Assembly (NCBI GenBank): GCA_963797665.1
Contig: CAWCQE010000023.1
Coordinates: forward strand, 219,845 to 283,844
From: an uncultured Actinomycetes bacterium
Lineage (GTDB): Bacteria; Actinomycetota; Thermoleophilia; Solirubrobacterales; 70-9
Length of the DNA: 64,000 nt
Reading direction: 5' to 3'
A model generated the notes under the pieces. The model was not told the DNA's origin, did not search any database, and saw nothing but the letters and a program-made list of their open reading frames with translations. Every line of letters begins with the position of its first letter. The stretch's first letter is position 1. The translations under genes and the position numbers were made by a program. Shown piece after piece: positions 22,806 to 33,741 of the stretch.

Positions 22806-23879
22806 TTGACGAATACCGGAGAGGGTGCTCGGGCCGACGGTGCCGGGTTCCATATCGAGCGTGACCTCCTCTGCACGGTCAACTCGGACGGCTACTTCAC
22901 GTCGCTGAACAGCGGCTGGGAGCGGGTTCTGGGCTGGACGCGCGAGGAGCTGATGTCCCGCCCGATCGTCGACTTCATTCATCCCGCCGATCGCACGCGG
23001 GCGGTCGCCGAGCTGGCCAAGGTCACCAGTGCGGACTACGAGGTCGTGAACTTCGAGAGTCGCTACCGCTCCCGTGGCGGCGGCTGGCGCTGGCTGCGGT
23101 GGAGCGCGCGCACGGACGGTGAGAGCTGGTTCGCCGTCGCCTTCGACGTCACCCGCGAGAAGGAGGTCGAGGCGCGGTTGCGCGGTGTCCTCACCGACGA
23201 GTACCTGGTCGCATACAGCCAGCCGATCCTCGACCATCGACGCGGCAAGATCGTGCAGGAGGAGCTCCTCGTGCGGATGCGCGAGGACCACGGGTCAGCG
23301 GCGATCCTGATGCCCTCCGAGTTCCTTCCGGATGCCGAGCGCTGCGGGCTCATCGGGCTGGTGGACCGGTGGATGGCGGCCCACGCGGTGGCGCTCTCGC
23401 GGCGGGGCCGACGGGCGGAGGTGAACCTCTCCGCGGTTTCGATCGCGGACGAGGAATTTATCGCCAGGCTCGAGCAATGGATCGAGCGCGCCGGCGTCAG
23501 CCCGTCCAATTTGGTGTTCGAGATCACCGAGACCGCCGCCCTCGAACAGCTGGATCTCGCGGTCGACTTCGCTGAGCGGCTCACCCGCCTCGGGTGCCAG
23601 TTCGCCCTCGATGACTTCGGAACCGGCTTCGGGTCGCTGACGCATCTGCGGGTGCTGCCGGTCAGGTACCTCAAGATCGACACGAGCTTCGTCCGCGAGG
23701 CCGCTTCGAGTCGCGAGGATCAGGCGATGGTTCGCGGGATCGTCGCGATCGCCCGCGAGCTCCGAATGCTGACGGTGGCGGAGGGAATCGAGGACGCGCG
23801 GACGCTGGAGCTCGTCACCGATCTCGGCGTGGACTACGCGCAGGGCTTTCACATCGGCCGCCCCGCACCGGTGGGCTGA
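22806..23879 (+). CDS. PAS domain + EAL domain protein (putative c-di-GMP phosphodiesterase; no GGDEF domain)
   Basis: PAS-like N-terminus (...FIHPADRTRAVAEL...WRWLRWSARTD...), EAL domain motifs EITETAAL, LDDFGTGFGSLTHL, KIDTSFVR, EGIED. Confidence 0.75.
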   Translation: MTNTGEGARADGAGFHIERDLLCTVNSDGYFTSLNSGWERVLGWTREELMSRPIVDFIHPADRTRAVAELAKVTSADYEVVNFESRYRSRGGGWRWLRWSARTDGESWFAVAFDVTREKEVEARLRGVLTDEYLVAYSQPILDHRRGKIVQEELLVRMREDHGSAAILMPSEFLPDAERCGLIGLVDRWMAAHAVALSRRGRRAEVNLSAVSIADEEFIARLEQWIERAGVSPSNLVFEITETAALEQLDLAVDFAERLTRLGCQFALDDFGTGFGSLTHLRVLPVRYLKIDTSFVREAASSREDQAMVRGIVAIARELRMLTVAEGIEDARTLELVTDLGVDYAQGFHIGRPAPVG

Positions 23880-23908
23880 GGCCAAGCGTCTGAACTACCT
23901 TTCGTGCC

Positions 23909-24724
23909 GTGGCGACGCGGCCGATCACGTTTCTCTCGGACTACGGCTACGACGACGAGTTCGCCGGCGTGTGCAGGGCGGTGATCGCTCGGATCGCGCC
24001 CGACGCGACGGTGATCGACCTGACCCATGGGATCCCGCGCCACGGGGTCGAGCGGGGAGCCGCGGTGCTGGCGAACGCCCTTCCATACACGCCCGCGGGC
24101 ATCCACGTGGCCGTGGTGGATCCCGGAGTCGGCTCCCCCCGGCGCGCCGTGGCGGTGCGCGCGGCAACCGAGGATCGGATCCTGGTCGGCCCCGACAACG
24201 GGCTGCTCTGGCCCGCGATCGAGCGCCTCGGTGGCCCCGTGCAGGCCGCCGACATCTCCCTGTCCGACCTGCGGCTGGAGCCGATCTCGGCGACGTTCCA
24301 CGGCCGCGACGTGTTCGCCCCGGTCGCCGCGCACCTCGCCCGTGGCTCTTCGCTGCCGAAGGCGGGCGAGAGGATCGAGACCGAGTCGCTGATCCGGATC
24401 GAGGCGCCCGAGCCGGCGATCGAGGCCGGGCGCGTCAGGGCGCACGTGGTCTCCGTCGACCGGTTCGGCAACTCGGCGCTCGACCTCGCCGACCGGCATC
24501 TGCCGAGGAGCGGGCTGCGGATGGGCCGCCCGGTCACGGTCGACGTGGCCGGGTCGACGCGCGACGCGGTGTTCGCGCTCACGTTTGCCGACGTCCCCGA
24601 CGGTGGGCTGCTTCTTTACGAGGACTCGACCGGGAGCCTCGCGCTCGCCGTCAACCGCGGCGACGCCGCCGCCGAGCTAGGCCTCGAGCCCGGTGCCGAG
24701 GTCACCGTTCGGCCCGCGGACTGA
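23909..24724 (+). CDS. SAM hydroxide adenosyltransferase family protein (DUF62; fluorinase/chlorinase-like fold)
   Basis: ITFLSDYGYDDEFAGVCRAVI, VVDPGVGSPRRAVAV, LVGPDNGLL, HGRDVFAPVAAHLARG are the family's conserved blocks; GTG start. Confidence 0.7.
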   Translation: MATRPITFLSDYGYDDEFAGVCRAVIARIAPDATVIDLTHGIPRHGVERGAAVLANALPYTPAGIHVAVVDPGVGSPRRAVAVRAATEDRILVGPDNGLLWPAIERLGGPVQAADISLSDLRLEPISATFHGRDVFAPVAAHLARGSSLPKAGERIETESLIRIEAPEPAIEAGRVRAHVVSVDRFGNSALDLADRHLPRSGLRMGRPVTVDVAGSTRDAVFALTFADVPDGGLLLYEDSTGSLALAVNRGDAAAELGLEPGAEVTVRPAD

Positions 24725-24729
24725 CGGCG

Positions 24730-25473
24730 GTGGAAGCCCGATCGCCCTTCGGGGCGCCGCGCAGGCACTACCGGCTCGTCGATTCGACGAACGAGCGAGC
24801 ACGGGAGCTCGCCGCCGCGGGAGCGCCTGGGAGGACGATCGTCACGGCGGACCAACAGACCTCCGGCCGTGGCCGCCGGGGCCGACGCTGGTCGGCGCCG
24901 GCCGGAAAGGCGCTCCTCGTCTCGGCGATTCTCAGCCCGCTGAGCGCCGAGCACGCGCTCCTGCCGCTTGCCGTCCCGCTCGCGATCTGCGAGGCGGTGG
25001 AGTCACTCGCGCCGCTTCGGTGCCGGGTCAAGTGGCCGAACGACGTCTGGAGCGACGAGCGCAAGGTGGCGGGCGTCCTGATCGAGGCCCAGCCCCCTGA
25101 TTGGGCGGTGATCGGGATCGGCGTCAACGTTTCGATCGAGCCGGACGAGTTTCCCGACGACCTTCGCCACCCCGCGACCTCGGTGGCGCATGGAGTGGAC
25201 ACCGAGGAGGTGCTCGACGCGGTCTGTGCGCGGCTCGGCGAGTGGGTGAGCACGCCGCTCGATGTTGTCGTGGCCGAGTTCGAGGTGCGCGATGCGCTCC
25301 GGGGCCGGCAGGTGGGCTGGACGGGCGCGGGCGGCGAGGAGGGCCAGGGCTCGGGCGTCGCCGACGGGATCGACGAGCGGGGGAACCTCGTCGTGGTCAC
25401 GGCCGATGGGGAACGCCTGAGCCTCGGGTCCGGCGAGGTGACGCTGACCGTGGATCGGGCGACGAGAGAGTGA
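24730..25473 (+). CDS. birA: Biotin--[acetyl-CoA-carboxylase] ligase (no N-terminal HTH domain)
   Basis: YRLVDSTNERARELAAAG, TADQQTSGRGRRGRRWSAPAGKALLVS (GRGRxGR biotin-binding motif), KWPNDVW, GIGVNV. Confidence 0.8.
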   Translation: MEARSPFGAPRRHYRLVDSTNERARELAAAGAPGRTIVTADQQTSGRGRRGRRWSAPAGKALLVSAILSPLSAEHALLPLAVPLAICEAVESLAPLRCRVKWPNDVWSDERKVAGVLIEAQPPDWAVIGIGVNVSIEPDEFPDDLRHPATSVAHGVDTEEVLDAVCARLGEWVSTPLDVVVAEFEVRDALRGRQVGWTGAGGEEGQGSGVADGIDERGNLVVVTADGERLSLGSGEVTLTVDRATRE

Positions 25474-25489
25474 CTGGGAGATTCGCGCC

Positions 25490-25536
25490 GAGTGAAAGAT
25501 TGGGGCCCTTATAGGTACCCCCAATCGTTCACTCGA
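25490..25536. terminator. Bidirectional stem-loop between convergent birA and helicase genes
   Basis: Inverted repeat CGAGTGAAAGATTGGGG / CCCCAATCGTTCACTCG (17 bp arms, 1 mismatch) with 13-nt loop; a second hairpin GAGCCGC-ATACA-GCGGCTC at 25566-25584. Confidence 0.4.
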
Positions 25537-25581
25537 TCGGGTCAACAGCGCCGAGTGTGGATTTGAGCCGCATACAGCGGC

Positions 25582-28137
25582 TCAATCACTCACTCGATTC
25601 GGACTTCGGGTTGGAGGCCGCCTTGGGCTCGTCTCCGTCGCCCGAAGCCTCGACGGAGTCTTCTCGTCGCCGGCCTCGGTGTCGTTCTCCCCGTCGGCGC
25701 CGTTTTGTGCCGCCCGCGCCCCGTTCTCGTCGGCGGCGGACCGGCGGCCCCGCCGTCGCCTGCGCTTGCCGGCCGAGCGGGGGAAGTTGCGCAGGAGCTC
25801 CCGGGCGACGGCGGAGGGCTTGCGGGCCATGCGCATGCGGGCGCCGCGCAGCACCTCCTCGGCCTCCGGCGTGTGGGCCACCGCCGCCGCCAGCAGCGAG
25901 ATCGCCAACCGTCGGTCCTGCTGCCGGGCGGCGTGCACGATGCGCCGGGCGTTGCGGCCGTGGGCCCGTCCCGATGAATTGACGAACAGGCCGAGCAGCC
26001 GCTTCGTCTCCGGCCAGCGCTGCACGGCGTACTCCTCGTGGAGCTCGCGCGTGATCGACGCCAGGCGCCACACCCACGCCTGCGCCTGGTCACGACGGCC
26101 GATCCGGCGCTCCGCGAGCGCCTGCAGAAGGACCCTCGCCCCCGCCCGCCGCTCGTCGCGCGGCCACGTCGCCACGACCTCGAGCGAGTCGTCGAAGGCG
26201 TCGGGGTCCCGGAGCGCCGCGATCTCCGAAAGGGCCTTCAGCCGGAGCTGATGGTTGCGGTTGCGCTGCACGCACGTCAGCAGGAAGCGCCGCCGAAGCT
26301 CCCTGCCCTGGTCATGCTGGAGCATCGCCTTGGCGCGGCGCCAGTTGTTCGTCGTGACGCGGGCCCCGGCCAGCGCCGCCCAGGCGTGCTGCTCGGAGTA
26401 GTTGAGGTTCTCGACCGCGATCCGCCACAGCTCGCGCTCCAGGACGGCGAGGCGCCGCTCGGGATCGGCCGAGACCGGGACGACCCGCCGCTCGACCCGC
26501 ACGCGGCGGCCCCGGCCGCGGCGCACCGGCCCGACGACAATCGCGCCGCCTCGGTACACGTCGCGGTCCAGCAGGCTGTGCAACGTGACGATGGTCTCGT
26601 CGCTCGTCGTCGCCGGATGCACGAAGTCGATGACGATGCCGGCCTCCTTGTCCGGAGCGCGGCGCGTGACGCGGCCGACGCGCTGCTGGTACACGCGCCG
26701 TGACGCGGTCGGAGCGAGATGCATGCAGATCGTCGCCCGCCGCGAGTTCCACCCCTCCGCGAGCAGCATCGCGTTGCAAAGCACGTCCACCTCGCCGCGC
26801 TCGAATGCGGCGAGGATTTCAGCCAGCTCGCGCTTAGGCGTCTCGCCGAGACGGCACGGGCATTCATGCCCGCGGCGCGGAACGAGGCGGCGACGTTGTT
26901 CGCGTGGCGAACGCCCGCCGTGTAGACGACTCCCTGGATCTTCCGGAAGCGCGACCGGTACAGGTCGGCGACGGCGACGTTGAACGGCTCCTGGTCCAGC
27001 AGGGCGGCCAGCTCTTCCTGGTCGAAGTCCTGGTCGACCTCGCCGCGGCGCAGCGGCACCTTGGCGATCGTCCTCACCCCCGGGCCGGGCGGGATCCGGA
27101 TGCACCGAAGCGGTGCGATGACGCCGCGCCGCGCCGCCTGCACGAGGTCGAAGCGCGAGGTCTGGGTGGGGAACAGGTCAGCGACGTGGCGGGCGATCAG
27201 GGCGCCCGTGGCCGTCATCCCTATGAAGACGGGCCCCGGCCACGCGCGAATGCAGGCGCTGGTCTTCTCCCCGAGCGCGGTATGCGCCTCGTCGCAGATC
27301 ACGATCGCGTAGGCGTCGGAGATGCGGTTCGCGTTCCGCACGAACCACTGGTACGTCTCGACCGTGACCGGGCCATAGGGATGGTCCGACGTGCCGAGCA
27401 GCGGCGGCGAGAGCCGATCCTTGTACCCGCGGTCCGAGATCTCGCCGATGAACTGGTCGACCAGATTGCGGCGGTGGGTCAGGATGAGGACGCCGCCCGT
27501 CCGTGAGCCCTCGATGAACCCGAGCGCAGCGACCGTCTTGCCGGAGCCGGTCGCGTGCTCGAACCAGAAGCGCCGGCTGGCGCCGGGATCCTCGGGCGCC
27601 TCATCGAGGACCTCGTCGCTCGGCTCGCTCCTCCCAGTCGACGGGCTCCTCCTCGTCCGGGACGATCTCGTCCTCGGCGACGGCATCCGGAACTCCGTTG
27701 CCGCTGCCTTCGCCGTTGGCGCCGTCCTCGCCATTTGCCGCGCGCCGCGCCGCACGGGCGCCGTTGGCCTGCGCCGCGCGATCGGACTCCTCCACCTCGG
27801 CGGTCAGCGCGGCCAGCGTGCCCGAGAGGACGTCGACCTGGTGCTCCGTGAGCTCGGCCCCGTCCGCGAGCAGGACGGGCTCGTCGGACAGGAGCCGCTC
27901 GAGGCCCAGGAGCAGGGAATACTGGCGGCGCCACTCCGGTGACGGCGTGCTCCTGCCCTCGTCGAGCTCGGCCAGCGCCGCGTCGACCGCGTGCCGGCGT
28001 GCCGTGCCCGGCGCGAGATCCTCAATCGTCTCGCCGTCGAGCAGGATCGGCTCGCGCGTGAACTCGCGCACGCGCTCTAGCTGATCCCCTTGGATCGTCC
28101 CGGCCGCGCTGGCGGCGACTTCGACTGACTTGGCCAT
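25582..28137 (-). CDS. Superfamily 2 DEAD/DEAH-box-type helicase (about 850 aa) with acidic N-terminal region and Arg-rich C-terminal extension; at least two apparent frameshifts
   Basis: Motif I FWFEHATGSGKTVAAL, motif II VICDEAHTA (DEAH), motif III GMTATG, helicase-C domain ...FERGEVDVLCNAMLLAEGWNS...RRVYQQRVGRVTRR (motif VI), long alpha-helical C-terminal part; segments in ORFs 27601..28389, 26277..27755 and 25582..27105. Confidence 0.7.
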
Positions 28138-28328
28138 GAAGGTTCTTGAGACGCCCGATCCCACAGGTCGTGGGGAGGGCGCGCTGTAGGCTCGGTGGAG
28201 GCGCGCCGGCTCTCGTGGCTTACCCCTCTCGACGAGTCGGCGGTTCCCCCGGGGTCCAGGTTCAAGCGTGGACCTACCCTTATTAAACCATCCTGGGCGC
28301 CGGTTTACGGGAACAACCCTCCAACCCG

Positions 28329-28905
28329 ATGTTCCGCAAGCTCGCAAATCTCGCCGCCGCAGCCATGGCCGCTGTGGCGCTCGTGGCAATGTCCGGGTGC
28401 GGCTCCGGCGACGACACCGGCCCGGTAAGCCGCCGGACTACCAGCTCGGCGCTGGCCGGCGCCCCGCAGCCTCTCGCGCGGCTCTACGCGAAGGGCGACC
28501 AGCTGCTGCGCGGCGGGCACGGGTGCCTTCGGGGCCGAGCTCGACGCCCTCCGCGGCCACTCGGTGGTGGTGAACAAGTGGGCGTCCTGGTGCGAGCCGT
28601 GCCGCAGGGAATTCCCGTTACTGCAGCGCGCCTCGGCCCGCTTCGGCGACCGCGTCGCGTTCGTGGGCGTGGACGCGAACGACTCGAGCGCCGCGGCGCG
28701 CACCTTCCTCGAGGAGTTCCCGCTGCCGTATCCGAGCTACAGCGATCCCAACCAGGACATCTCGCGAATCGCTCGGTGCCACAGCGGGCTTCCCCGCGAC
28801 GGCCTTCTACGACTCGAGCGGCAACTGGTGTTCGTCAAGCAGGGCCAGTACGCGAGCGAGGCCGATCTCGTCGCCGACATCAGGCGCCACGCGATGGGCG
28901 GCTAG
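28329..28905 (+). CDS. TlpA/ResA/CcmG-like thiol-disulfide oxidoreductase lipoprotein (thioredoxin fold); two apparent frameshifts
   Basis: Lipoprotein signal MFRKLANLAAAAMAAVALVAMSGC; thioredoxin active site WASWCEPCRREFP (ORF 28564..28905); ...FPATAFYDSSGNW block in a third frame. Confidence 0.6.
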
Positions 28906-28918
28906 CTTCGTTGTCATC

Positions 28919-29877
28919 GTGAGCGCGCGGGCGTGGGCGATATTCGGCGGCGTCTCGGTCCTCTGGGGGATCCCGTATCTGTTCATCAAGATCGCCGTCG
29001 ACGACGGCGTGCCGCCTGCCTTCCTGGCGTGGGTCAGGGTGGTCCTCGCCGCCGCGCTTCTCCTGGCAATCTCCTGGCGGGCCGGGACGCTCCAGACCGT
29101 ACGCGGTCACTGGCGCTGGCTCGCGGTCTTCGCCGTGGCCGAGATCACCATTCCCTTCCCGCTGATCGCAGCCGGCGAGCAGCACGTCGCCTCGTCGCTG
29201 GCGGCGATCATCATCGCCACCGCCCCGCTGTTCGTGGCCCTGCTCGCGATTCGCTTCGACGCGAGCGAACGGGTGAAGGGACGCCGGCTCGCCGGCTTGT
29301 CGTCGGGCTCTCCGGGGTCGTCGCGCTCGTGGGCATCGATGTGGCGGGCCGCGGTGACGAGCTCCTCGGCGCGCTGGCGATTCTCGTCGCCGCGTTCTGT
29401 TACGCGATCGGGCCGATGGTCCTGAAGCGTCACCTCGCGAAGCTCGACCAGGTCGCGTCGATGGGCTCGGCGCTGGCGATCGCTGCGGTCCTTTTGATCC
29501 CGGCGGTCGCGCTTGACCCGCCGAGCGCACCCCTGTCGGGCGAGGCGATCGCCGCGCTGGTCGTTCTCGGCCTGCTGTGCACGGCGGCGGCGTTCGTCCT
29601 GTACGGCATGCTGATCGCGGAGGTCGGCGCCGGCCGGGCGCTGGTCATCACGTACATCAATCCGGTCGTCGCCGTCGCCCTTGGCGTCGCGATCCTCGGG
29701 GAGCGTCCGGGCGCGGGAGCGATCGCCGGGCTCCTGCTCATCCTGGCGGGCTCCTGGCTCTCCACCGACGGCCGCCTTCCACCCGGACTCAACGCGCTGT
29801 TCGCGCGGCGGGGACGCCGCGCGGCAGGCGTCCCAGCGCAGCATGGCGCGCGGTCGGCGCCAGATGAGGTCGCGTAG
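28919..29877 (+). CDS. EamA/DMT-family transporter (10 TM); apparent frameshift near 29290
   Basis: Two EamA-like halves: [18 protein letters not shown]... and ...[18 protein letters not shown]...[22 protein letters not shown] (ORFs 28919..29425, 28933..29877). Confidence 0.65.
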
Positions 29878-29930
29878 GCGGTCACCGCTTCGAGTCTTAC
29901 GCGGGTCGCGGTAGGGCGCATAATGAGGCC

Positions 29931-31301
29931 ATGAGCCGCCTGCGGACCTGGATCTGGTGCGCCGTCGCCGTGGTCGGGCGCCGCGCTCGCCGCCACGCCC
30001 GCGCTCGGCCAGTTGTCAGGCCCCGGCTCGACCGGCGTCGCGTACTCGATCCAGCTTCAGGCGCCGATCGACCCGGCGACCCAGAAGTGGGTGAGCAGCG
30101 CGCTGGACGACGCGGCGAGCCAGGGGGCCCAGCTCGTGATCATCCGGCTCGACACTCCGGGCGGCCTGAGCGGACTCGATGCGGGCGATCATCCAGGACA
30201 TGGCGGCCGCCCCGATGCCGGTGGTCGTCTACGTTCGCCGAACGGGGCCCGGGCCGGGTCCGCGGGCGCCTACATCACCGAGGCGGCCGACGTCGCCGCG
30301 ATGGCGCCGGTCGACGAACATCGGCTCGGCGACGCCGATCGCGATCGGCCGCCGGCGGCGAGAGCCAGGACCTCTCGCGCAAGATCAAGAACGACGCGGC
30401 GGCCTGGGATGCGCGCCCTGGCCTCGGCGCACGGGCGCAACGCCGACCTCGCCTAGCTCCTGGTCACGCAGGCGAAGAACCTCACGGCGAAGGAGGCGCT
30501 CAAGGACAACCTGATCGACGTGATCGCGCCGAGCCAGGAGGCGCTGCTCCAAAAGCTCGACGGGTTCCAGGTCCAGGGCCCAAAGAAGCAGGTCTCACAC
30601 CTCCGGCCTCCAGATCCAGAACCACGACATGCCGTTCCAGTACCAGGTGCTCGAGATCTTGGTCGAACCCGAACGTCGCCTACCTCCTGATCCTCGTCGG
30701 CATCCTCGGCCTGATCGTCGAGGCATTCAGCCCGGGCCTCATCGCGCCCGGCACGATCGGGGTGATCTCGCTGCTCCTCGGCCTCTACGGCTCCGTTCCA
30801 GCTTCCGGTGAGCCTCGCGGGGGTGCTCCTGCTCGTCGCCGGCATCCTGATGATCATCGGCGAGGCCCACCTACCAACCCACGGGATCCTCGGCGCCTCG
30901 GGGATCGCGGCGATCATCGCCGCTGGGTTCCTTCTCTACCCCACCAACACCAGCGCCGTCGAGATCTCGCCGTGGTGGTCGTGATCGTCGGCCTGATTCT
31001 CGGCGGCGGCCTGGCGCTGGTCGTCCGGAAGGCGGTGCAGGCGCGGCGCGAGCCCGAAGCGCACCGGGTGGGAGGAGATGGTCGGGCTCGGTCGGCGAGG
31101 TGCGGGAGCGCGCTGGACCCCGTGGGCCAGATCTTCGTTCAGGGCGCCCTGTGGCGCGCCGAGCTCGGCGGACGCGGACGGCGAAGGGCGGGCGCTCGAG
31201 CGCGGCGTTAGAGTGCGCGTCGAGTCAGTGGAGGGGCTGACGCTCCACGTCTCACCGGTCGGCGCCACGAAGTCGCCGAGCCGAGCCGGGCGGGTCCATA
31301 G
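29931..31301 (+). CDS. NfeD-like membrane-bound ClpP-class serine protease (stomatin operon partner protein); multiple apparent frameshifts
   Basis: Signal/TM N-terminus; ClpP-like block [20 protein letters not shown]...[18 protein letters not shown]; central TM region [39 protein letters not shown]; C-terminal OB-fold ...GALWRAEL...[17 protein letters not shown]; pieces in at least 4 frames. Confidence 0.6.
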
Positions 31302-31315
31302 GAAAGGAGCGCCGC

Positions 31316-32100
31316 GTGGCCGTCGTCATCGCGATAGTCGTCCTGCTCGTCATCTTCGTGGCGATCGCTGCTCGCCTCCGGAGTCCGGATCCTCCGCGAG
31401 TACGAGCGCGGCGTCATCTTCCGCCTCGGCCGCCTGATCGCCCAGAAGGGCCCCGGCCTGATCTTCCTGATCCCGATCGTCGACCGGATGGTCCGGATCG
31501 ACCTGCGCACGGTGACCCTGACAGTTCCGCCGCAGGAGGTCATCACCAAGGACAACGTCACGGTCAGGGTCAACGCGGTCGCCTACTTCCGGGTGATCGA
31601 CCCGAACAAGGCCGTCACCGAGGTCGAGAACTTCCTCCTCGCGACTTCGCAGATCGCGCAGACGACCCTGCGCTCGGTGCTCGGCAAGGCCGAGCTCGAT
31701 TCGCTGCTGTCGGAGCGCGAGCGGCTGAACATCGAGCTCCAGCAGATCATCGACGAGCAGACCGAGCCGTGGGGAGTGAAGGTCACGACGGTCGAGGTCA
31801 AGGACGTCGAGCTGCCGGCGGACATGCAGCGGGCGATCGCGCGCCAGGCGGAGGCCGAGCGCGAGCGGCGCGCCAAGATCATCGCCGCCGACGGCGAGTT
31901 CCAAGCGGCCGAGAAGCTCTCGCAGGCGGCCGAACATCATCAGCCAGAACCCCGCCACCCTCCAGCTCCGCTACCTGCAGACCCTGCTGGACATCGGGGT
32001 GAACCAGAACTCGACGATCATCTTCCCGCTGCCGCTCGACATGGTGAAGCCGTTCCTGGAGCCCGGAGCGGCAGCCAAGCGTTCCGCCGCCTCCCGCGAG
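31316..32100 (+). CDS. SPFH/band-7 (stomatin-like) protein; apparent frameshifts near 31380 and 31930; 3' end uncertain
   Basis: [18 protein letters not shown] (TM) ...[12 protein letters not shown] (frame shift)...[49 protein letters not shown]...[29 protein letters not shown]...[11 protein letters not shown]; AAGGAG RBS; immediately downstream of nfeD (canonical nfeD-stomatin pair). Confidence 0.7.
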
Positions 32101-32109
32101 CACGCCGGG

Positions 32110-33190
32110 CAGCTGACCGGACCCGAGGTCCGCATAGACCAGCTCACCGGGCTGCGGGTCATCCTCGCGCCCGGCCGGGCCGAGCGCCCGGACGCGTTCG
32201 CGCCCGCGCGGCCCCGGAGCCGGGAGGAGCCGCCGAGTCCTGCCCGTTCTGCGAGGGCCGCGAGGACCGCACGCCGCCCGAGGTGTGGGCGACCCGCCCG
32301 GACGGCGGCGCCGCCGGATTCGCCCGGCTGGACGGCCCGGGCGGTCCCGAACCTCTACCCGGTGCTCGGCGCGAGGCGGCCGCGGCCGGCGAGACGCCGG
32401 CGCCGCCGAGACGCGGGTTGTCGAGCTCGGTCGATCCGCTTGCGGGCGTCGTCGCGCGGCGCGCGAGCCGGACCTGTTCGCCTCGCAGCCGGCCGACGGC
32501 GCGCACGAGGTGATCGTCCACGCACCCGAGCACGTGACGTCACTCGCGGAGCTGAGCGACGAGCGGTTCGCCGGGCGCGGTCGGCGGCCTGGCGCGAGCG
32601 GATGCGCGCCCACGCCGACGGCGTCCGCCTTCGTCCACCTGATCGTCAACGAGGGGCCGCGACGCGGGCGCCTCGCTGCCGCACTCGCACGCCCAGCTCT
32701 ACGCGCTCGCATTCGTTCCGGCCGAGGTCGCGCGCGAGCGCGAGCGGGCCGGCGCGTACCACGAGCGGACGATGGGGGGCACCTGCTCTCGGACGTCGCG
32801 ACCGAGGAGGTGCGCCGCACGCGAGCGGCTCGTCGCGATCGACGACGAGGCGCTCCTGGTCTGCCCGTGGGCATCGCGCTCGCCCGTTCGAGCTGCGCGT
32901 CATTCCGCGACGCCCGGCGACCGCTCGTTCGAGGCGGACGGCGAAGTCGGCACGGCGATGATCCGGCGCGGCGATCGCGCGCGCTGGCGCGCGCGGTCTT
33001 CGGCGCCGCGCCGCAGCTCAATCTCTGGGTTCGTACGGCGCCGCGCGGGGCCGAGGAGTTCTGCTGGCACGTCGACATCGTCCCCCGGCTCACGATCCGC
33101 GCCGGCTTCGAGCTCGGCACGGGCGTCGACGTCAACACCTACCCGCCGGAGCGCGCGGCGGCGGACCTGCGCGAGGCGCTCGCCTCGTAG
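32110..33190 (+). CDS. Galactose-1-phosphate uridylyltransferase family (GalT-like HIT-superfamily nucleotidyltransferase); many apparent frameshifts; start uncertain
   Basis: [20 protein letters not shown], zinc motif [45 protein letters not shown], HxHxQ active site HSHAQLY, C-terminal ...[43 protein letters not shown]... Confidence 0.55.
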
Positions 33191-33288
33191 CCCTCGGCGC
33201 GGATGGCGAGGCCGGCGTGTCGATTTCCGCGTCGCTCGCTCGACGCATGTGGTAGAAGCACAGTCACAACCGCAAGGAGGAACGCGAA

Positions 33289-33716
33289 ATGCGAGTCATG
33301 GTGCTGATCAAGGCGACGGAGGAGAGCGAGGCCGGCGAGATGCCGAGCGAGGAGCTGCTCAGCGCAGATGAGCGACTTCAACGAGGAGCTGGTGAAGGCC
33401 GGCGTGATGCTGGCGGGCGAGGGCCTGCACCCGAGCTCCAAGGGCGTGCGGGTGGCGTTCTCGGGCGGCGAGCGCAAGGTGATCGACGGCCCGTTCGCCG
33501 AGACCAAGGAGCTGCTGGCCGGCTACTGGGTGTGGCAGGTGAAGTCGCTCGACGAGGCGATCGAGTGGGTCAAGCGCATCCCGAACCCGGACGGCGACGG
33601 ACGGCGTGGTCGAGATCCGCCCGGTCTTCGAGGCCGACGACTTCGGCGACGAGCTCACCCCCGAGCTGCGCGAGCAGGAGGCGCGCCTGCGCGCGCAGGC
33701 CGAGGCGAACCGGTAG
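33289..33716 (+). CDS. YciI-related / DGPF-domain protein (PF04946-like); apparent frameshifts
   Basis: MRVMVLIKATEESEAGEMPSEELL...ELVKAGVMLAGEGLHPSSKGVRVAFSGGERKVIDGPFAETKELLAGYWVWQVKSLDEAIEWVKR (DGPF motif); stop TAG 33714-33716. Confidence 0.55.
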
Positions 33717-33741
33717 GCGGCCGGGCGCGCCGACGATCAGC

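Noticed and set aside
25582-27755. Two separate helicase genes (25582..27105 and 26277..27755)
   Set aside because: Motifs I-III lie in one ORF and motifs IV-VI in the other, with the junction in the middle of the helicase-C domain. This is one gene with an indel.
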